Shown one piece after another: positions 24,369 through 38,800 of a stretch of 64,000 nucleotides of DNA (positions within the stretch are counted from its first letter, which is position 1; every line of letters begins with the position of its first letter). Both the position numbers and the translations under genes were made by a program. Source of the DNA: Eledone cirrhosa (Eukaryota); the NCBI GenBank assembly GCA_964016885.1, contig OZ024741.1, positions 262,756,001 through 262,820,000 on the forward strand, written 5' to 3'. A model generated the notes under the pieces. That model worked only from the letters and a program-made list of their open reading frames with translations, had not been told where the DNA came from and ran no database searches.

Positions 24369-27300
24369 GTTTCGCTTTACGGGTGTTTCGACTTACGAGT
24401 GTTTCGACATACGAGTGTTTCGACTTCCGAATGTTTTTGCTTACGGGTGTTTCGACTTACGAATGTTTCGGCTTACGAGTGTTTCGGCTTACGAGTCTTC
24501 CGACTTAGGAGTGTTTCGGCTTACGAGTGTTTCCGGCTTACGAGTGTTTCGACTTACGAGTGTTTCGACTTTCGAGTGTTTTGACTTACGGTGTTTCGGC
24601 TTACGAGTGATTCGACTTACGAGTGTTTTGACTTACGTGTGTTTTGACTTACGGGTGTTGTGAATTACCAGTGTTCCGATTTACGAGTGTTTTGACTTAC
24701 GGTGTTTCGGCTTGCGAGTGTTTCGACTTACGAGTGTTTCGGCTTATGAGTGTTTCGACTTACTAATGTTTTTACTTACGAGTGTTTCGGCGTTCGAGTG
24801 TTTTGACTTACGAGTGTTTCGACTTACGAGTGTTTTGACTTACGAATGTTTTGACCTACGGGTGTTTCGGCTTACGGGTGTTTCGACTTACGAGTGTTTC
24901 GACTTATGAGTGTTTCGACTTACGAGTGTTCTGACTTACGAGTGTTCTGACTTACGAGTGTTCCGACTTACGAGTGTTTCGGTTTACGAGTGTTTCGACA
25001 TACGAGTGTTTTGACTTACGGGTGTTTCGACTTACGGGTGTTTCGACTTACGAGTGTTTTGGCTTACGAGTGTTTCGACTTACTAATGTTTTTACTTACG
25101 AGTGTTTCGGTGTACGAATGTTTTGACTTAAGGATGTTTCGACTTACGAGTGTTTCGAATTACGAGTGTTTCGGCTTACGTGAGTTTCGACTTAAGAGTG
25201 TTCTGATTTACGAGTGTTCTGACTTGCGGGTGTTCTGATTTACGAGTGTTCCGACTTACGAGTGTTTCGGCTTATGAGTGTTTCGACTTACGAGTGTTTC
25301 GGCTTACGAGTGTTTCGACTTATGGGTGTTTCGACTTACGAGTGTTTTTACTTACGGTGTTTCGGCTTACGAGTGTTTCGACATACGAGTGTTTTGACTT
25401 ACGGGTGTTTCGGCTTATGAGTGTTTCGACTAACGAGTGTTTCGACTTACTAATGTTTTTACTTACGAGTGTTTCGGCGTACGACTGTTTCGACTTACGA
25501 GTGTTTCGACTTACGGGTGTTTTGACTTACGGGTGTTTCGGCTTACGAGTGTTTCGACTTACGAGTGTTTCGACTTACGAGTATTTTGGCTTACGAGTGT
25601 TTCGACTTACGAGTGTTTTGACTTACGAGTGTTCTGATTTACGGATGTTTCGACATACGAGTGTTTCGACTTACGAGTGTTTCGACTTATGAGTGTTTCG
25701 ACTTACGAGTGTTTCGGCTTACGAGTGTTTCGACTTACGAGTGTTTTGACTCACGGTGTTTCGGCTTACGAGTGATTCGACTTACGAGTGTTTTGACTTA
25801 CGGGTGATTTGACTTACGGGTGTTGTGAATTACGAGTGTTCCGATTTACGAGTGTTTTGACTTACGATGTTTCGGCTTACGAGTGATTCGACTTACGAAT
25901 GTTTTGACTTACGGGTGTTTCGGCTTGCGAGTGTTTCGACTTACGAGTGTTTCGGCTTATGGGTGTTTCGACTTACTAATGTTTTTACTTACGAGTGTTT
26001 CGGCGTACGAGTGTTTTGACTTACGAGTGTTTCGACTTACGAGTGTTTTCACTTACGAATGTTTTGACTTACGGGTGTTTCGGCTTACGAGTGTTTCGAC
26101 TTACGAGTGTTTCGGCTTACGAGTGTTTCGACTTACTAATATTTTTACTTACGAGTGTTTCGGCGTACGAGAGTTTTGGCTTACGAGTGTTTCGGCTTAT
26201 GAGTGTTTCGGCTTACGAGTGTTTCGACTTACGAGTGTTTCGGCTTACGAGTGTTTCAGTGTTTCGGCTTACGTGTGTTTCGACTTACGAGTGTTTCGAC
26301 TTACGACTGTTTCGGCTTACGAGTGTTTCGGATTACGAGTGTTTAAACTTACGAGTGTTTCGACTTACGAGTGTTTTGACTTACGGTGTTTCGGCTTACG
26401 AGTGTTTCGACATACGAGTGTTTTGACGTACGGGTGTTTCGACTTACGGGTCTTTCGACTTAAGAGTGTTTCGACTTACGAGCGCTTCGACTTACGAGTG
26501 TTTCGACTTACGAGTGTTTCGGCGTATGAGTGTTTTGACTTATGAGTGTTTCGACTTACGAGTGTTTCGAATTACGAGTGTTTCGACTTACGAGTGTTTT
26601 GACTTACGAGTGTTTTGACTTACGGTGTTTCTGCTTACGAGTGTTTCGACTTACGAGTGTTATGACTTACGGGTGTTTTCACATACGAGTGTTTCGACTT
26701 ACGAGTGTTTTGACTTACGGGTGTTTTGACATACGAGTGTTTCGATACGAGTGTTCTGACTTACGAGTGTTCTGACTTACGAGTGTTCTGACTTACGAGT
26801 GTTTCGACATACGAGGGTTTTGACTTACGGGTGTTTCGACTTACGAGTGTTTTCACTTACGAATGTTTTGACTTACGGGTGTTTCGGCTTACGAGTGTTT
26901 CGACTTACGAGTGTTTCGGCTTACGAGTGTTTCGACTTACTAATATTTTTACTTACGAGTGTTTCGGCGTACGAGAGTTTTGACTTACGAGTGTTTCGAC
27001 TTACGAGTGTTTCGACTTACGAGTATTTTGACTTACGAATGTTTTGACTTACGGGTGTTTCGGCTTACGAGTGTTTCGACTTACGAGTCTTTCGGCTTAC
27101 GAGTGTTTCGACTTACTAATGTTTTTACTTACGAGTGTTTCGGCGTACGAGTGTTTCGACTTCCGAGTGTTTCGACTTACGGGTGTTTTGATTAACGGGT
27201 GATTCGGCTTACGAGTGTTTTGACTTACGAGTGTTTTGACTTAAGGGTGTTTCGACTTACGAGTATTTTTGGCTTACGAGTGTTTCGACTTACGAGTGTT

Positions 27301-30197
27301 TTGACTTACGAGTGTTCTGATTTACGGATGTTTCGACATACGAGTGTTTCGACTTACGAGTGTTTCGACTTATGAGTGTTTCGACTTACGAGTGTTTCGA
27401 CTTACGAGTGTTTCGGCTTATGATTGTTTCGACTTACGAGTGTTTTGACTTACGGTGTTTCAGCTTACGAGTGTTTCGACTTACGAGTGTTTTGACTTAC
27501 GGGTGTTTTGACATACGAGTGTTTCGATACGAGTGTTCTGACTTACGAGTGTTCTGACTTACGAGTGTTTTGACTTACGAGTGTTCTGACTTACGAGTGT
27601 TCCGACTTACGAGTGTTCCGACTTACGAGTGTTTCGGCTTACGGGTGTTTCCTGCTTACGAGTGTTTCGACTTACGAGTGTTTTGACTTACGGTGTTTCG
27701 GCTTACGAGTGATTCGACTTACGAGTGTTTTGACTTACGGGTGTTTTGACTTACGGGTGTTGTGAATTACGAGTGTTCCGATTTACGAGTGTTTTGACTT
27801 ACGGTGTTTCGGCTTACGAGTGATTCGACTTACGAATGTTTTGACTTACGGGTGTTTCGGCTTGCGAGTGTTTCGACTGACGAGTGTTCTGACTTACGAG
27901 TGTTCCGACTTACGAGTGTTCCGACTTACGAGTGTTTCGGCTTACGAGTGTTTCCGGCTTACGAGTGTTTCGACTTACGAGTGTTTCGACTTACGAGTGA
28001 TTCGACTTACGAGTATTTTGACTTACGGCTGTTTTGACTTACGGGTGTTGTGAATTACGAGTGTTCCGATTTACGAGTGTTTTGACTTACGGTGTTTCGG
28101 CTTACGAGTGATTCGACTTACGAATGTTTTGACTTAAGGGTGTTTCGGCTTGCTAGTGTTTCGACTTACGAGTGTTTCGGCTTATGAGTGTTTCGACTTA
28201 CTACTGTTTTTACTTACGAGTGTTTCGGCGTACGAGTGTTTTGACTTACGAGTGTTTCGACTTACGAATGTTTCGAATTACGAGTGTTTCGGCTTACGTG
28301 AGTTTCGACTTAAGAGTGTTCTGATTTACGAGTGTTCTGACTTGCGGGTGTTCTGATTTACGAGTGTTCCGACTTATGAGTGTTTCGGCTTATGAGTGTT
28401 TCGACTTACGAGTGTTTCGGCTTACGAGTGTTTCGACTTATGGGTGTTTCGACATACGAGTGTTTTGACTTACGGGAGTTTCGACTTACGAGTGTTTTGA
28501 CTTACGAATGTTTTGACTTACGGGTGTTTCGGCTTACGAGTGTTTCGACTTACGAGTGTTTCGGCTTACGAGTCTTTCGACTTACTAATGTTCTTACTTA
28601 CGAGTGTTTCGGCGTACGAGAGTTTTGACTTACGAGTGTTTCGACTTACGAGTGTTTCGACTTACGAGTGTTTTGACTTACGAAAGTTTTGACTTACGGG
28701 TGTTTCGGCTTACGAGTGTTTCGACTTACGAGTGTTTCGGCTTACGAGTGTTTCGGCGTACGAGTGTTTCGACTTACGAGTGTTTCGACTTACGGGTGTT
28801 TTGACTTACGGGTGTTTCGGCTTACGAGTGTTTCGGCTTATGATTGTTTCGACTTACGAGTGTTTTGACTTACGGTGTTTCAGCTTACGAGTGTTTCGAC
28901 TTACGAGTGTTTTGACTTACGGGTGTTTTGACATACGAGTGTTTCGATACGTGTGTTCTGACTTACGAGTGTTCTGACTTACGAGTGTTTTGACTTACGA
29001 GTGTTCTGACTTACGAGTGTTCCGACTTTCGAGTGTTCCGACTTACAAGTGTTTCGGCTTACGAGTGTTTCCGGCTTACGAGTGTTTCGACTTACGAGTG
29101 TTTTGACTTACGGTGTTTCGGCTTACGAGTGTTTCGACTTACTAATGTTTTTACTTACGAATGTTTCGGCGTACGAGAGTTTTGACTTACGAGTGTTTCG
29201 ACTTACGAGTGTTTTGACTTAGGAATGTTTTGACTTACGGGTGTTTCGGCTCATGAGTGTTTCGACTTACGAGTCTTTCGGCTTACGAGTGTTTCGACTT
29301 ACTAATGTTTTTACTTACGAGTGTTTCGGCGTACGACTGTTTCGACTTACGAGTGTTTCGACTTACGGGTGTTTTGACTTACGGGTGTTTCGGCTTACGA
29401 GTGTTTCGACTTACGAGTGTTTTGACTTACGAGTGTTCTGATTTACGGATGTTTCGACATACGAGTGTTTCGACTTACGAGTGTTTCGACTTATGAGTGT
29501 TTCGACTTACGAGTGTTCTGACTTACGAGTGTTCCGACTTACGAGTGTTCCGACTTACGAGTGTTTCGGCTTACGAGTGTTTCCGGCTTACGAGTGTTTC
29601 GACTTACGAGTGTTTTGACTTACGGTGTTTCGGCTTACGAGTGATTCGACTTACGAGTGTTTTGACTTACGGGTGTTTTGACTTACGGGTGTTGTGAATT
29701 ACGAGTGCTCCGATTTACGAGTGTTTTGACTTACGGTGTTTCGGCTTACGAGTGATTCGACTTACGAATGTCTTGACTTACGGATGTTTCGACTTACTAA
29801 TGTTTTTACTTACGAGTGTTCTGACTTACGAGTGTTCTGACTTACGAGTGTTCTGACTTACGAGTGTTCTGATTTACGAGTGTTCCGACTTACGAGTGTT
29901 TCGGCTTACGATTGTTTCGGCTTACGAGTGTTTCGACTTACGAGTGTTTCGACTTACGAGTGTTCCGACTTACGGGTGTTTCGACCTACGAGTTGTTTGG
30001 CTTACGGTGTTTCGGCTTACGAGTGTTTCGAGTTACGAGTGTTTTGACTTACGCGTGTTTTGACATACGAGTGTTTCGATACGAGTGTTCTGACTTACGA
30101 GTGTTCTGACTTACGAGTGTTCTGACTTACGAGTGTTCCGACTTTACGAGTGTTTCGGCTCACGAGTGTTTCATCTTACGAGTGTTTCGACTTACGA

Positions 30198-30266
30198 AAA
30201 TAACAAATAGACGCGGTTTCAAATCTCTATGATTTTCAAATTCATTACATTAATCTTTATTTATTC
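30198..30266. other. 69-bp AT-rich interruption, copy 5
   Basis: Identical to copy 4 by eye and 5898 bp downstream of it, inside a block duplication. Confidence 0.95.
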
Positions 30267-33200
30267 GTTTCGCTTTACGGGTGTTTCGACTTACGAGTGT
30301 TTCGACATACGAGTGTTTCGACTTCCGAATGTTTTTGCTTACGGGTGTTTCGACTTACGAATGTTTCGGCTTACGAGTGTTTCGGCTTACGAGTCTTCCG
30401 ACTTAGGAGTGTTTCGGCTTACGAGTGTTTCCGGCTTACGAGTGTTTCGACTTACGAGTGTTTCGACTTTCGAGTGTTTTGACTTACGGTGTTTCGGCTT
30501 ACGAGTGATTCGACTTACGAGTGTTTTGACTTACGTGTGTTTTGACTTACGGGTGTTGTGAATTACCAGTGTTCCGATTTACGAGTGTTTTGACTTACGG
30601 TGTTTCGGCTTGCGAGTGTTTCGACTTACGAGTGTTTCGGCTTATGAGTGTTTCGACTTACTAATGTTTTTACTTACGAGTGTTTCGGCGTTCGAGTGTT
30701 TTGACTTACGAGTGTTTCGACTTACGAGTGTTTTGACTTACGAATGTTTTGACCTACGGGTGTTTCGGCTTACGGGTGTTTCGACTTACGAGTGTTTCGA
30801 CTTATGAGTGTTTCGACTTACGAGTGTTCTGACTTACGAGTGTTCTGACTTACGAGTGTTCCGACTTACGAGTGTTTCGGTTTACGAGTGTTTCGACATA
30901 CGAGTGTTTTGACTTACGGGTGTTTCGACTTACGGGTGTTTCGACTTACGAGTGTTTTGGCTTACGAGTGTTTCGACTTACTAATGTTTTTACTTACGAG
31001 TGTTTCGGTGTACGAATGTTTTGACTTAAGGATGTTTCGACTTACGAGTGTTTCGAATTACGAGTGTTTCGGCTTACGTGAGTTTCGACTTAAGAGTGTT
31101 CTGATTTACGAGTGTTCTGACTTGCGGGTGTTCTGATTTACGAGTGTTCCGACTTACGAGTGTTTCGGCTTATGAGTGTTTCGACTTACGAGTGTTTCGG
31201 CTTACGAGTGTTTCGACTTATGGGTGTTTCGACTTACGAGTGTTTTTACTTACGGTGTTTCGGCTTACGAGTGTTTCGACATACGAGTGTTTTGACTTAC
31301 GGGTGTTTCGGCTTATGAGTGTTTCGACTAACGAGTGTTTCGACTTACTAATGTTTTTACTTACGAGTGTTTCGGCGTACGACTGTTTCGACTTACGAGT
31401 GTTTCGACTTACGGGTGTTTTGACTTACGGGTGTTTCGGCTTACGAGTGTTTCGACTTACGAGTGTTTCGACATACGAGTATTTTGGCTTACGAGTGTTT
31501 CGACTTACGAGTGTTTTGACTTACGAGTGTTCTGATTTACGGATGTTTCGACATACGAGTGTTTCGACTTACGAGTGTTTCGACTTATGAGTGTTTCGAC
31601 TTACGAGTGTTTCGGCTTACGAGTGTTTCGACTTACGAGTGTTTTGACTCACGGTGTTTCGGCTTACGAGTGATTCGACTTACGAGTGTTTTGACTTACG
31701 GGTGATTTGACTTACGGGTGTTGTGAATTACGAGTGTTCCGATTTACGAGTGTTTTGACTTACGATGTTTCGGCTTACGAGTGATTCGACTTACGAATGT
31801 TTTGACTTACGGGTGTTTCGGCTTGCGAGTGTTTCGACTTACGAGTGTTTCGGCTTATGGGTGTTTCGACTTACTAATGTTTTTACTTACGAGTGTTTCG
31901 GCGTACGAGTGTTTTGACTTACGAGTGTTTCGACTTACGATTGTTTCGACTTACGAGTGTTTCGGCTTACGTGAGTTTCGACTTAAGAGTGTTCTGATTT
32001 ACGAGTGTTCTGACTTGCGGGTGTTCTGATTTACGAGTGTTCCGACTTACGAGTGTTTCGGCTTATTAGTGTTTCGACTTACGAGTGTTTCGGCTTACGA
32101 GTGTTTCGACTTATGGGTGTTTCGACTTACGAGTGTTTTTACTTACGGTGTTTCGGCTTACGAGTGTTTCGACATACGAGTGTTTTGACTTGCGGGTGTT
32201 TCGACTTACGAGTGTTTTGACTTACGAATGTTTTGACTTACGGGTGTTTCGGCTTACGAGTGTTTCGACTTACGAGTGTTTCGGCTTACGAGTGTTTCGA
32301 CTTACTAATGTTCTTACTTACGAGTGTTTCGGCGTACGAGAGTTTTGACTTACGAGTGTTTCGACTTACGAGTGTTTCGACTTACGAGTGTTTTGACTTA
32401 CGAATGTTTTGACTTACGGGTGTTTCGGCTTACGAGTGTTTCGACTTACGAGTCTTTCGGCTTACGAGTGTTTCGACTTACTAATGTTTTTACTTACGAG
32501 TGTTTCGGCGTACGAGTGTTTCGACTTACGAGTGTTTCGACTTACGGGTGTTTTGACTTACGGGTGTTTCGGCTTACGAGTGTTTTGACTTACGTGTGTT
32601 TTGACTTAAGGGTGTTTCGACTTACGAGTATTTTTGGCTTACGAGTGTTTCGACTTACGAGTGTTTTGACTTACGAGTGTTCTGATTTACGGATGTTTCG
32701 ACATACGAGTGTTTCGACTTACGAGTGTTTCGACTTATGAGTGTTTCGACTTACGAGTGTTTCGGCTTATGAGTGTTTCGACTTACGAGTGCTTCGGCTT
32801 ACGAGTGTTTCGACTTACGAGTATTTCGGCTTAAGAGTGTTTCGACGTACGAATGATTTGGCTTACGAGTGTTTCGGCTTATGAGTGTTTCGGCTTACGA
32901 GTGTTTCGACTTACGAGTGTTTCGGCTTACGAGTGTTTCAGTGTTTCGGCTTACGTGTGTTTCGACTTACGAGTGTTTCGACTTACGACTGTTTCGGCTT
33001 ACGAGTGTTTCGGCTTACGAGTGTTTCGGCTTACGAGTGTTTTGACTTACGAGTGTTTTGACTTACGATTGTTTGGCTTACGAGTGTTCTGACTTACGGG
33101 TGTTCTGACTTACGAGTGTTCCGACTTACGAGTGTTTCGGCTTATGAGGGTTTCGACTTACGAGTGCTTCGGCTTACGAGTGTTTCGACTTACGAGTGTT

Positions 33201-33799
33201 TCGGATTAAGAGTGTTTCGACTTACGAGTGTTTCGACTTACGAGTGTTTTGACTTACGGTGTTTCGGCTTACGAGTGTTTCGACATACGAGTGTTTTGAC
33301 GTACGAGTGTTTCGACTTACGGGTCTTTCGACTTAAGAGTGTTTCGACTTACGAGCGCTTCGACTTACGAGTGTTTCGACTTACGAGTGTTTCGGCGTAT
33401 GAGTGTTTTGACTTACGAGTGTTTCGACTTACGAGTGTTTCGACTTACGAGTGTTTCGAATTACGAGTGTTTCGACTTACGAGTGTTTTGACTTACGAGT
33501 GTTTTGACTTACGGTGTTTCTGCTTACGAGTGTTTCGACTTACGAGTGTTATGACTTACGGGTGTTTTCACATACGAGTGTTTCGACTTACGAGTGTTTT
33601 GACTTACGGGTGTTTTGACATACGAGTGTTTCGATACGAGTGTTCTGACTTACGAGTGTTCTGACTTACGAGTGTTCTGACTTACGAGTGTTTCGACATA
33701 CGAGGGTTTTGACTTACGGGTGTTTCGACTTACGAGTGTTTTCACTTACGAATGTTTTGACTTACGGGTGTTTCGGCTTACGAGTGTTTCGACTTACTA

Positions 33800-35235
33800 G
33801 TGTTTCGGCTTATGAGTGTTTCGACTTACTAATGTTTTTACTTACGAGTGTTTCGGCGTTCGAGTGTTTTGACTTACGAGTGTTTCGACTTACGAGTGTT
33901 TTGACTTACGAATGTTTTGACCTACGGGTGTTTCGGCTTACGGGTGTTTCGACTTACGAGTGTTTCGACTTATGAGTGTTTCGACTTACGAGTGTTCTGA
34001 CTTACGAGTGTTCTGACTTACGAGTGTTCCGACTTACGAGTGTTTCGGTTTACGAGTGTTTCGACATACGAGTGTTTTGACTTACGGGTGTTTCGACTTA
34101 CGGGTGTTTCGACTTACGAGTGTTTTGGCTTACGAGTGTTTCGACTTACTAATGTTTTTACTTACGAGTGTTTCGGTGTACGAATGTTTTGACTTAAGGA
34201 TGTTTCGACTTACGAGTGTTTCGAATTACGAGTGTTTCGGCTTACGTGAGTTTCGACTTAAGAGTGTTCTGATTTACGAGTGTTCTGACTTGCGGGTGTT
34301 CTGATTTACGAGTGTTCCGACTTACGAGTGTTTCGGCTTATGAGTGTTTCGACTTACGAGTGTTTCGGCTTACGAGTGTTTCGACTTATGGGTGTTTCGA
34401 CTTACGAGTGTTTTTACTTACGGTGTTTCGGCTTACGAGTGTTTCGACATACGAGTGTTTTGACTTACGGGTGTTTCGGCTTATGAGTGTTTCGACTAAC
34501 GAGTGTTTCGACTTACTAATGTTTTTACTTACGAGTGTTTCGGCGTACGACTGTTTCGACTTACGAGTGTTTCGACTTACGGGTGTTTTGACTTACGGGT
34601 GTTTCGGCTTACGAGTGTTTCGACTTACGAGTGTTTCGACTTACGAGTATTTTGGCTTACGAGTGTTTCGACTTACGAGTGTTTTGACTTACGAGTGTTC
34701 TGATTTACGGATGTTTCGACATACGAGTGTTTCGACTTACGAGTGTTTCGACTTATGAGTGTTTCGACTTACGAGTGTTTCGGCTTACGAGTGTTTCGAC
34801 TTACGAGTGTTTTGACTCACGGTGTTTCGGCTTACGAGTGATTCGACTTACGAGTGTTTTGACTTACGGGTGATTTGACTTACGGGTGTTGTGAATTACG
34901 AGTGTTCCGATTTACGAGTGTTTTGACTTACGATGTTTCGGCTTACGAGTGATTCGACTTACGAATGTTTTGACTTACGGGTGTTTCGGCTTGCGAGTGT
35001 TTCGACTTACGAGTGTTTCGGCTTATGGGTGTTTCGACTTACTAATGTTTTTACTTACGAGTGTTTCGGCGTACGAGTGTTTTGACTTACGAGTGTTTCG
35101 ACTTACGAGTGTTTTCACTTACGAATGTTTTGACTTACGGGTGTTTCGGCTTACGAGTGTTTCGACTTACGAGTGTTTCGGCTTACGAGTGTTTCGACTT
35201 ACTAATATTTTTACTTACGAGTGTTTCGGCGTACG
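33800..35235 (+). repeat. Block copy of about 24735-26170 (offset 9066)
   Basis: ORF-track pairs 24990/34056, 25246/34312 and 25883/34949. Shared markers are GGCGTTCG, GACCTACG and GACTAACG. Boundaries are approximate. Confidence 0.8.
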
Positions 35236-35899
35236 AGAGTTTTGACTTACGAGTGTTTCGACTTACGAGTGTTTCGACTTACGAGTATTTTGACTTACGA
35301 ATGTTTTGACTTACGGGTGTTTCGGCTTACGAGTGTTTCGACTTACGAGTCTTTCGGCTTACGAGTGTTTCGACTTACTAATGTTTTTACTTACGTGTGT
35401 TTCGGCGTACGAGTGTTTCGACTTCCGAGTGTTTCGACTTACGGGTGTTTTGACTTACGGGTGTTTCGGCTTACGAGTGTTTTGACTTACGAGTGTTTTG
35501 ACTTAAGGGTGTTTCGACTTACGAGTATTTTTGGCTTACGAGTGTTTCGACTTACGAGTGTTTTGACTTACGAGTGTTCTGATTTACGGATGTTTCGACA
35601 TACGAGTGTTTCGACTTACGAGTGTTTCGACTTATGAGTGTTTAGACTTACGAGTGTTTCGACTTACGAGTGTTTCGGCTTATGATTGTTTCGACTTACG
35701 AGTGTTTTGACTTACGGTGTTTCAGCTTACGAGTGTTTCGACTTACGAGTGTTTTGACTTACGGGTGTTTTGACATACGAGTGTTTCGATACGAGTGTTC
35801 TGACTTACGAGTGTTCTGACTTATGAGTGTTTTGACTTACGAGTGTTCTGACTTACGCGTGTTCCGACTTACGAGTGTTCCGACTTACGAGTGTTTCGG

Positions 35900-38800
35900 C
35901 TTACGGGTGTTTCCTGCTTACGAGTGTTTCGACTTACGAGTGTTTTGACTTACGGTGTTTCGGCTTACGAGTGATTCGACTTACGAGTGTTTTGACTTAC
36001 GGGTGTTTTGACTTACGGGTGTTGTGAATTACGAGTGTTCCGATTTACGAGTGTTTTGACTTACGGTGTTTCGGCTTACGAGTGATTCGACTTACGAATG
36101 TTTTGACTTACGGGTGTTTCGGCTTGCGAGTGTTTCGACTTACGAGTGTTTCGGCTTATGAGTGTTTCGACTTACTAATGTTTTTACTTACGAGTGTTCT
36201 GACTTACGAGTGTTCCGACTTACGAGTGTTCCGACTTACGAGTGTTTCGGCTTACGAGTGTTTCCGGCTTACGAGTGTTTCGACTTACGAGTGTTTCGAC
36301 TTACGAGTGTTTTGACTTACGGTGTTTCGACTTACGAGTGATTCGACTTACGAGTGTTTTGACTTACGGCTGTTTTGACTTACGGGTGTTGTGAATTACG
36401 AGTGTTCCGATTTACGAGTATTTTGACTTACGGTGTTTCGGCTTACGAGTGATTCGACTTACGAATGTTTTGACTTAAGGGTGTTTCGGCTTGCTAGTGT
36501 TTCGACTTACGAGTGTTTCGGCTTATGAGTGTTTCGACTTACTACTGTTTTTACTTACGAGTGTTTCGGCGTACGAGTGTTTTGACTTACGAGTGTTTCG
36601 ACTTACGAGTGTTTCGAATTACGAGTGTTTCGGCTTACGTGAGTTTCGACTTAAGAGTGTTCTGATTTACGAGTGTTCTGACTTGCGGGTGTTCTGATTT
36701 ACGAGTGTTCCGACTTACGAGTGTTTCGGCTTATGAGTGTTTCGACTTACGAGTGTTTCGGCTTACGAGTGTTTCGACTTATGGGTGTTTCGACATACGA
36801 GTGTTTTGACTTACGGGTGTTTCGACTTACGAGTGTTTTGACTTACGAATGTTTTGACTTACGGGTGTTTCGGCTTACGAGTGTTTCGACTTACGAGTGT
36901 TTCGGCTTACGAGTGTTTCGACTTACTAATGTTCTTACTTACGAGTGTTTCGGCGTACGAGAGTTTTGACTTACGAGTGTTTCGACTTACGAGTGTTTCG
37001 ACTTACGAGTGTTTTGACTTACGAGTGTTTCGGCTTATGATTGTTTCGACTTACGAGTCTTTCGGCTTACGAGTGTTTCGGCGTACGAGTGTTTCGTCTT
37101 ACGAGTGTTTCGACTTACCGGTGTTTTGACTTACGGGTGTTTCGGCTTACGAGTGTTTCGGCTTATGATTGTTTCGACTTACGAGTGTTTTGACTTACGG
37201 TGTTTCAGCTTACGAGTGTTTCGACTTACGAGTGTTTTGACTTACGGGTGTTTTGACATACGAGTGTTTCGATACGTGTGTTCTGACTTACGAGTGTTCT
37301 GACTTACGAGTGTTTTGACTTACGAGTGTTCTGACTTACGAGTGTTCCGACTTACGAGTGTTCCGACTTACGAGTGTTTCGGCTTACGAGTGTTTCCGGC
37401 TTACGAGTGTTTCGACTTACGAGTGTTTTGACTTACGGTGTTTCGGCTTACGAGTGTTTCGACTTACTAATGTTTTTACTTACGAGTGTTTCGGCGTACG
37501 AGAGTTTTGACTTACGAGTGTTTCGACTTACGAGTGTTTTGACTTACGAATGTTTTGACTTACGGGTGTTTCGGCTCATGAGTGTTTCGACTTACGAGTC
37601 TTTCGGCTTACGAGTGTTTCGACTTACTAATGTTTTTACTTACGAGTGTTTCGGCGTACGACTGTTTCGACTTACGAGTGTTTCGACTTACGGGTGTTTT
37701 GACTTACGGGTGTTTCGGCTTACGAGTGTTTCGACTTACGAGTGTTTTGACTTACGAGTGTTCTGATTTACGGATGTTTCGACATACGAGTGTTTCGACT
37801 TACGAGTGTTTCGACTTATGAGTGTTTCGACTTATGAGTGTTCTGACTTACGAGTGTTCCGACTTACGAGTGTTCCGACTTACGAGTGTTTCGGCTTACG
37901 AGTGTTTCCGGCTTACGAGTGTTCCGACTTACGAGTGTTTCGGCTTACGAGTGTTTCGGCTTACGAGTGTTTCGACTTACGAGTGTTTCGACTTATGAGT
38001 GTTTCGACTTACGAGTGTTTCGGCTTACGAGTGTTTCGACTTACGAGTGTTTTGACTCACGGTGTTTCGGCTTACGAGTGATTCGACTTACGAGTGTTTT
38101 GACTTACGGGTGATTTGACTTACGGGTGTTGTGAATTACGAGTGTTCCGATTTACGAGTGTTTTGACTTACGATGTTTCGGCTTACGAGTGATTCGACTT
38201 ACGAATGTTTTGACTTACGGGTGTTTCGGCTTGCGAGTGTTTCGACTTACGAGTGTTTCGGCTTATGGGTGTTTCGACTTACTAATGTTTTTACTTACGA
38301 GTGTTTCGGCGTACGAGTGTTTTGACTTACGAGTGTTTCGACTTACGATTGTTTCGACTTACGAGTGTTTCGGCTTACGTGAGTTTCGACTTAAGAGTGT
38401 TCTGATTTACGAGTGTTCTGACTTGCGGGTGTTCTGATTTACGAGTGTTCCGACTTACGAGTGTTTCGGCTTATTAGTGTTTCGACTTACGAGTGTTTCG
38501 GCTTACGAGTGTTTCGACTTATGGGTGTTTCGACTTACGAGTGTTTTTACTTACGGTGTTTCGGCTTACGAGTGTTTCGACATACGAGTGTTTTGACTTG
38601 CGGGTGTTTCGACTTACGAGTGTTTTGACTTACGAATGTTTTGACTTACGGGTGTTTCGGCTTACGAGTGTTTCGACTTACGAGTGTTTCGGCTTACGAG
38701 TGTTTCGACTTACTAATGTTCTTACTTACGAGTGTTTCGGCGTACGAGAGTTTTGACTTACGAGTGTTTCGACTTACGAGTGTTTCGACTTACGAGTGTT

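Larger units (their letters stand above)
20309..31935 (+). repeat. ~5.9-kb tandem higher-order duplication (about 20309-26174 and 26175-31935; offset 5866, then 5898)
   Basis: ORF-track pairs 20676/26542, 22284/28150, 22706/28604, 24331/30229 and 25883/31781. Private shared markers are GTTTAAAC (about 20475/26341), CTGACGAG (22011/27877) and TTTCATCT (24271/30169). Confidence 0.9.
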
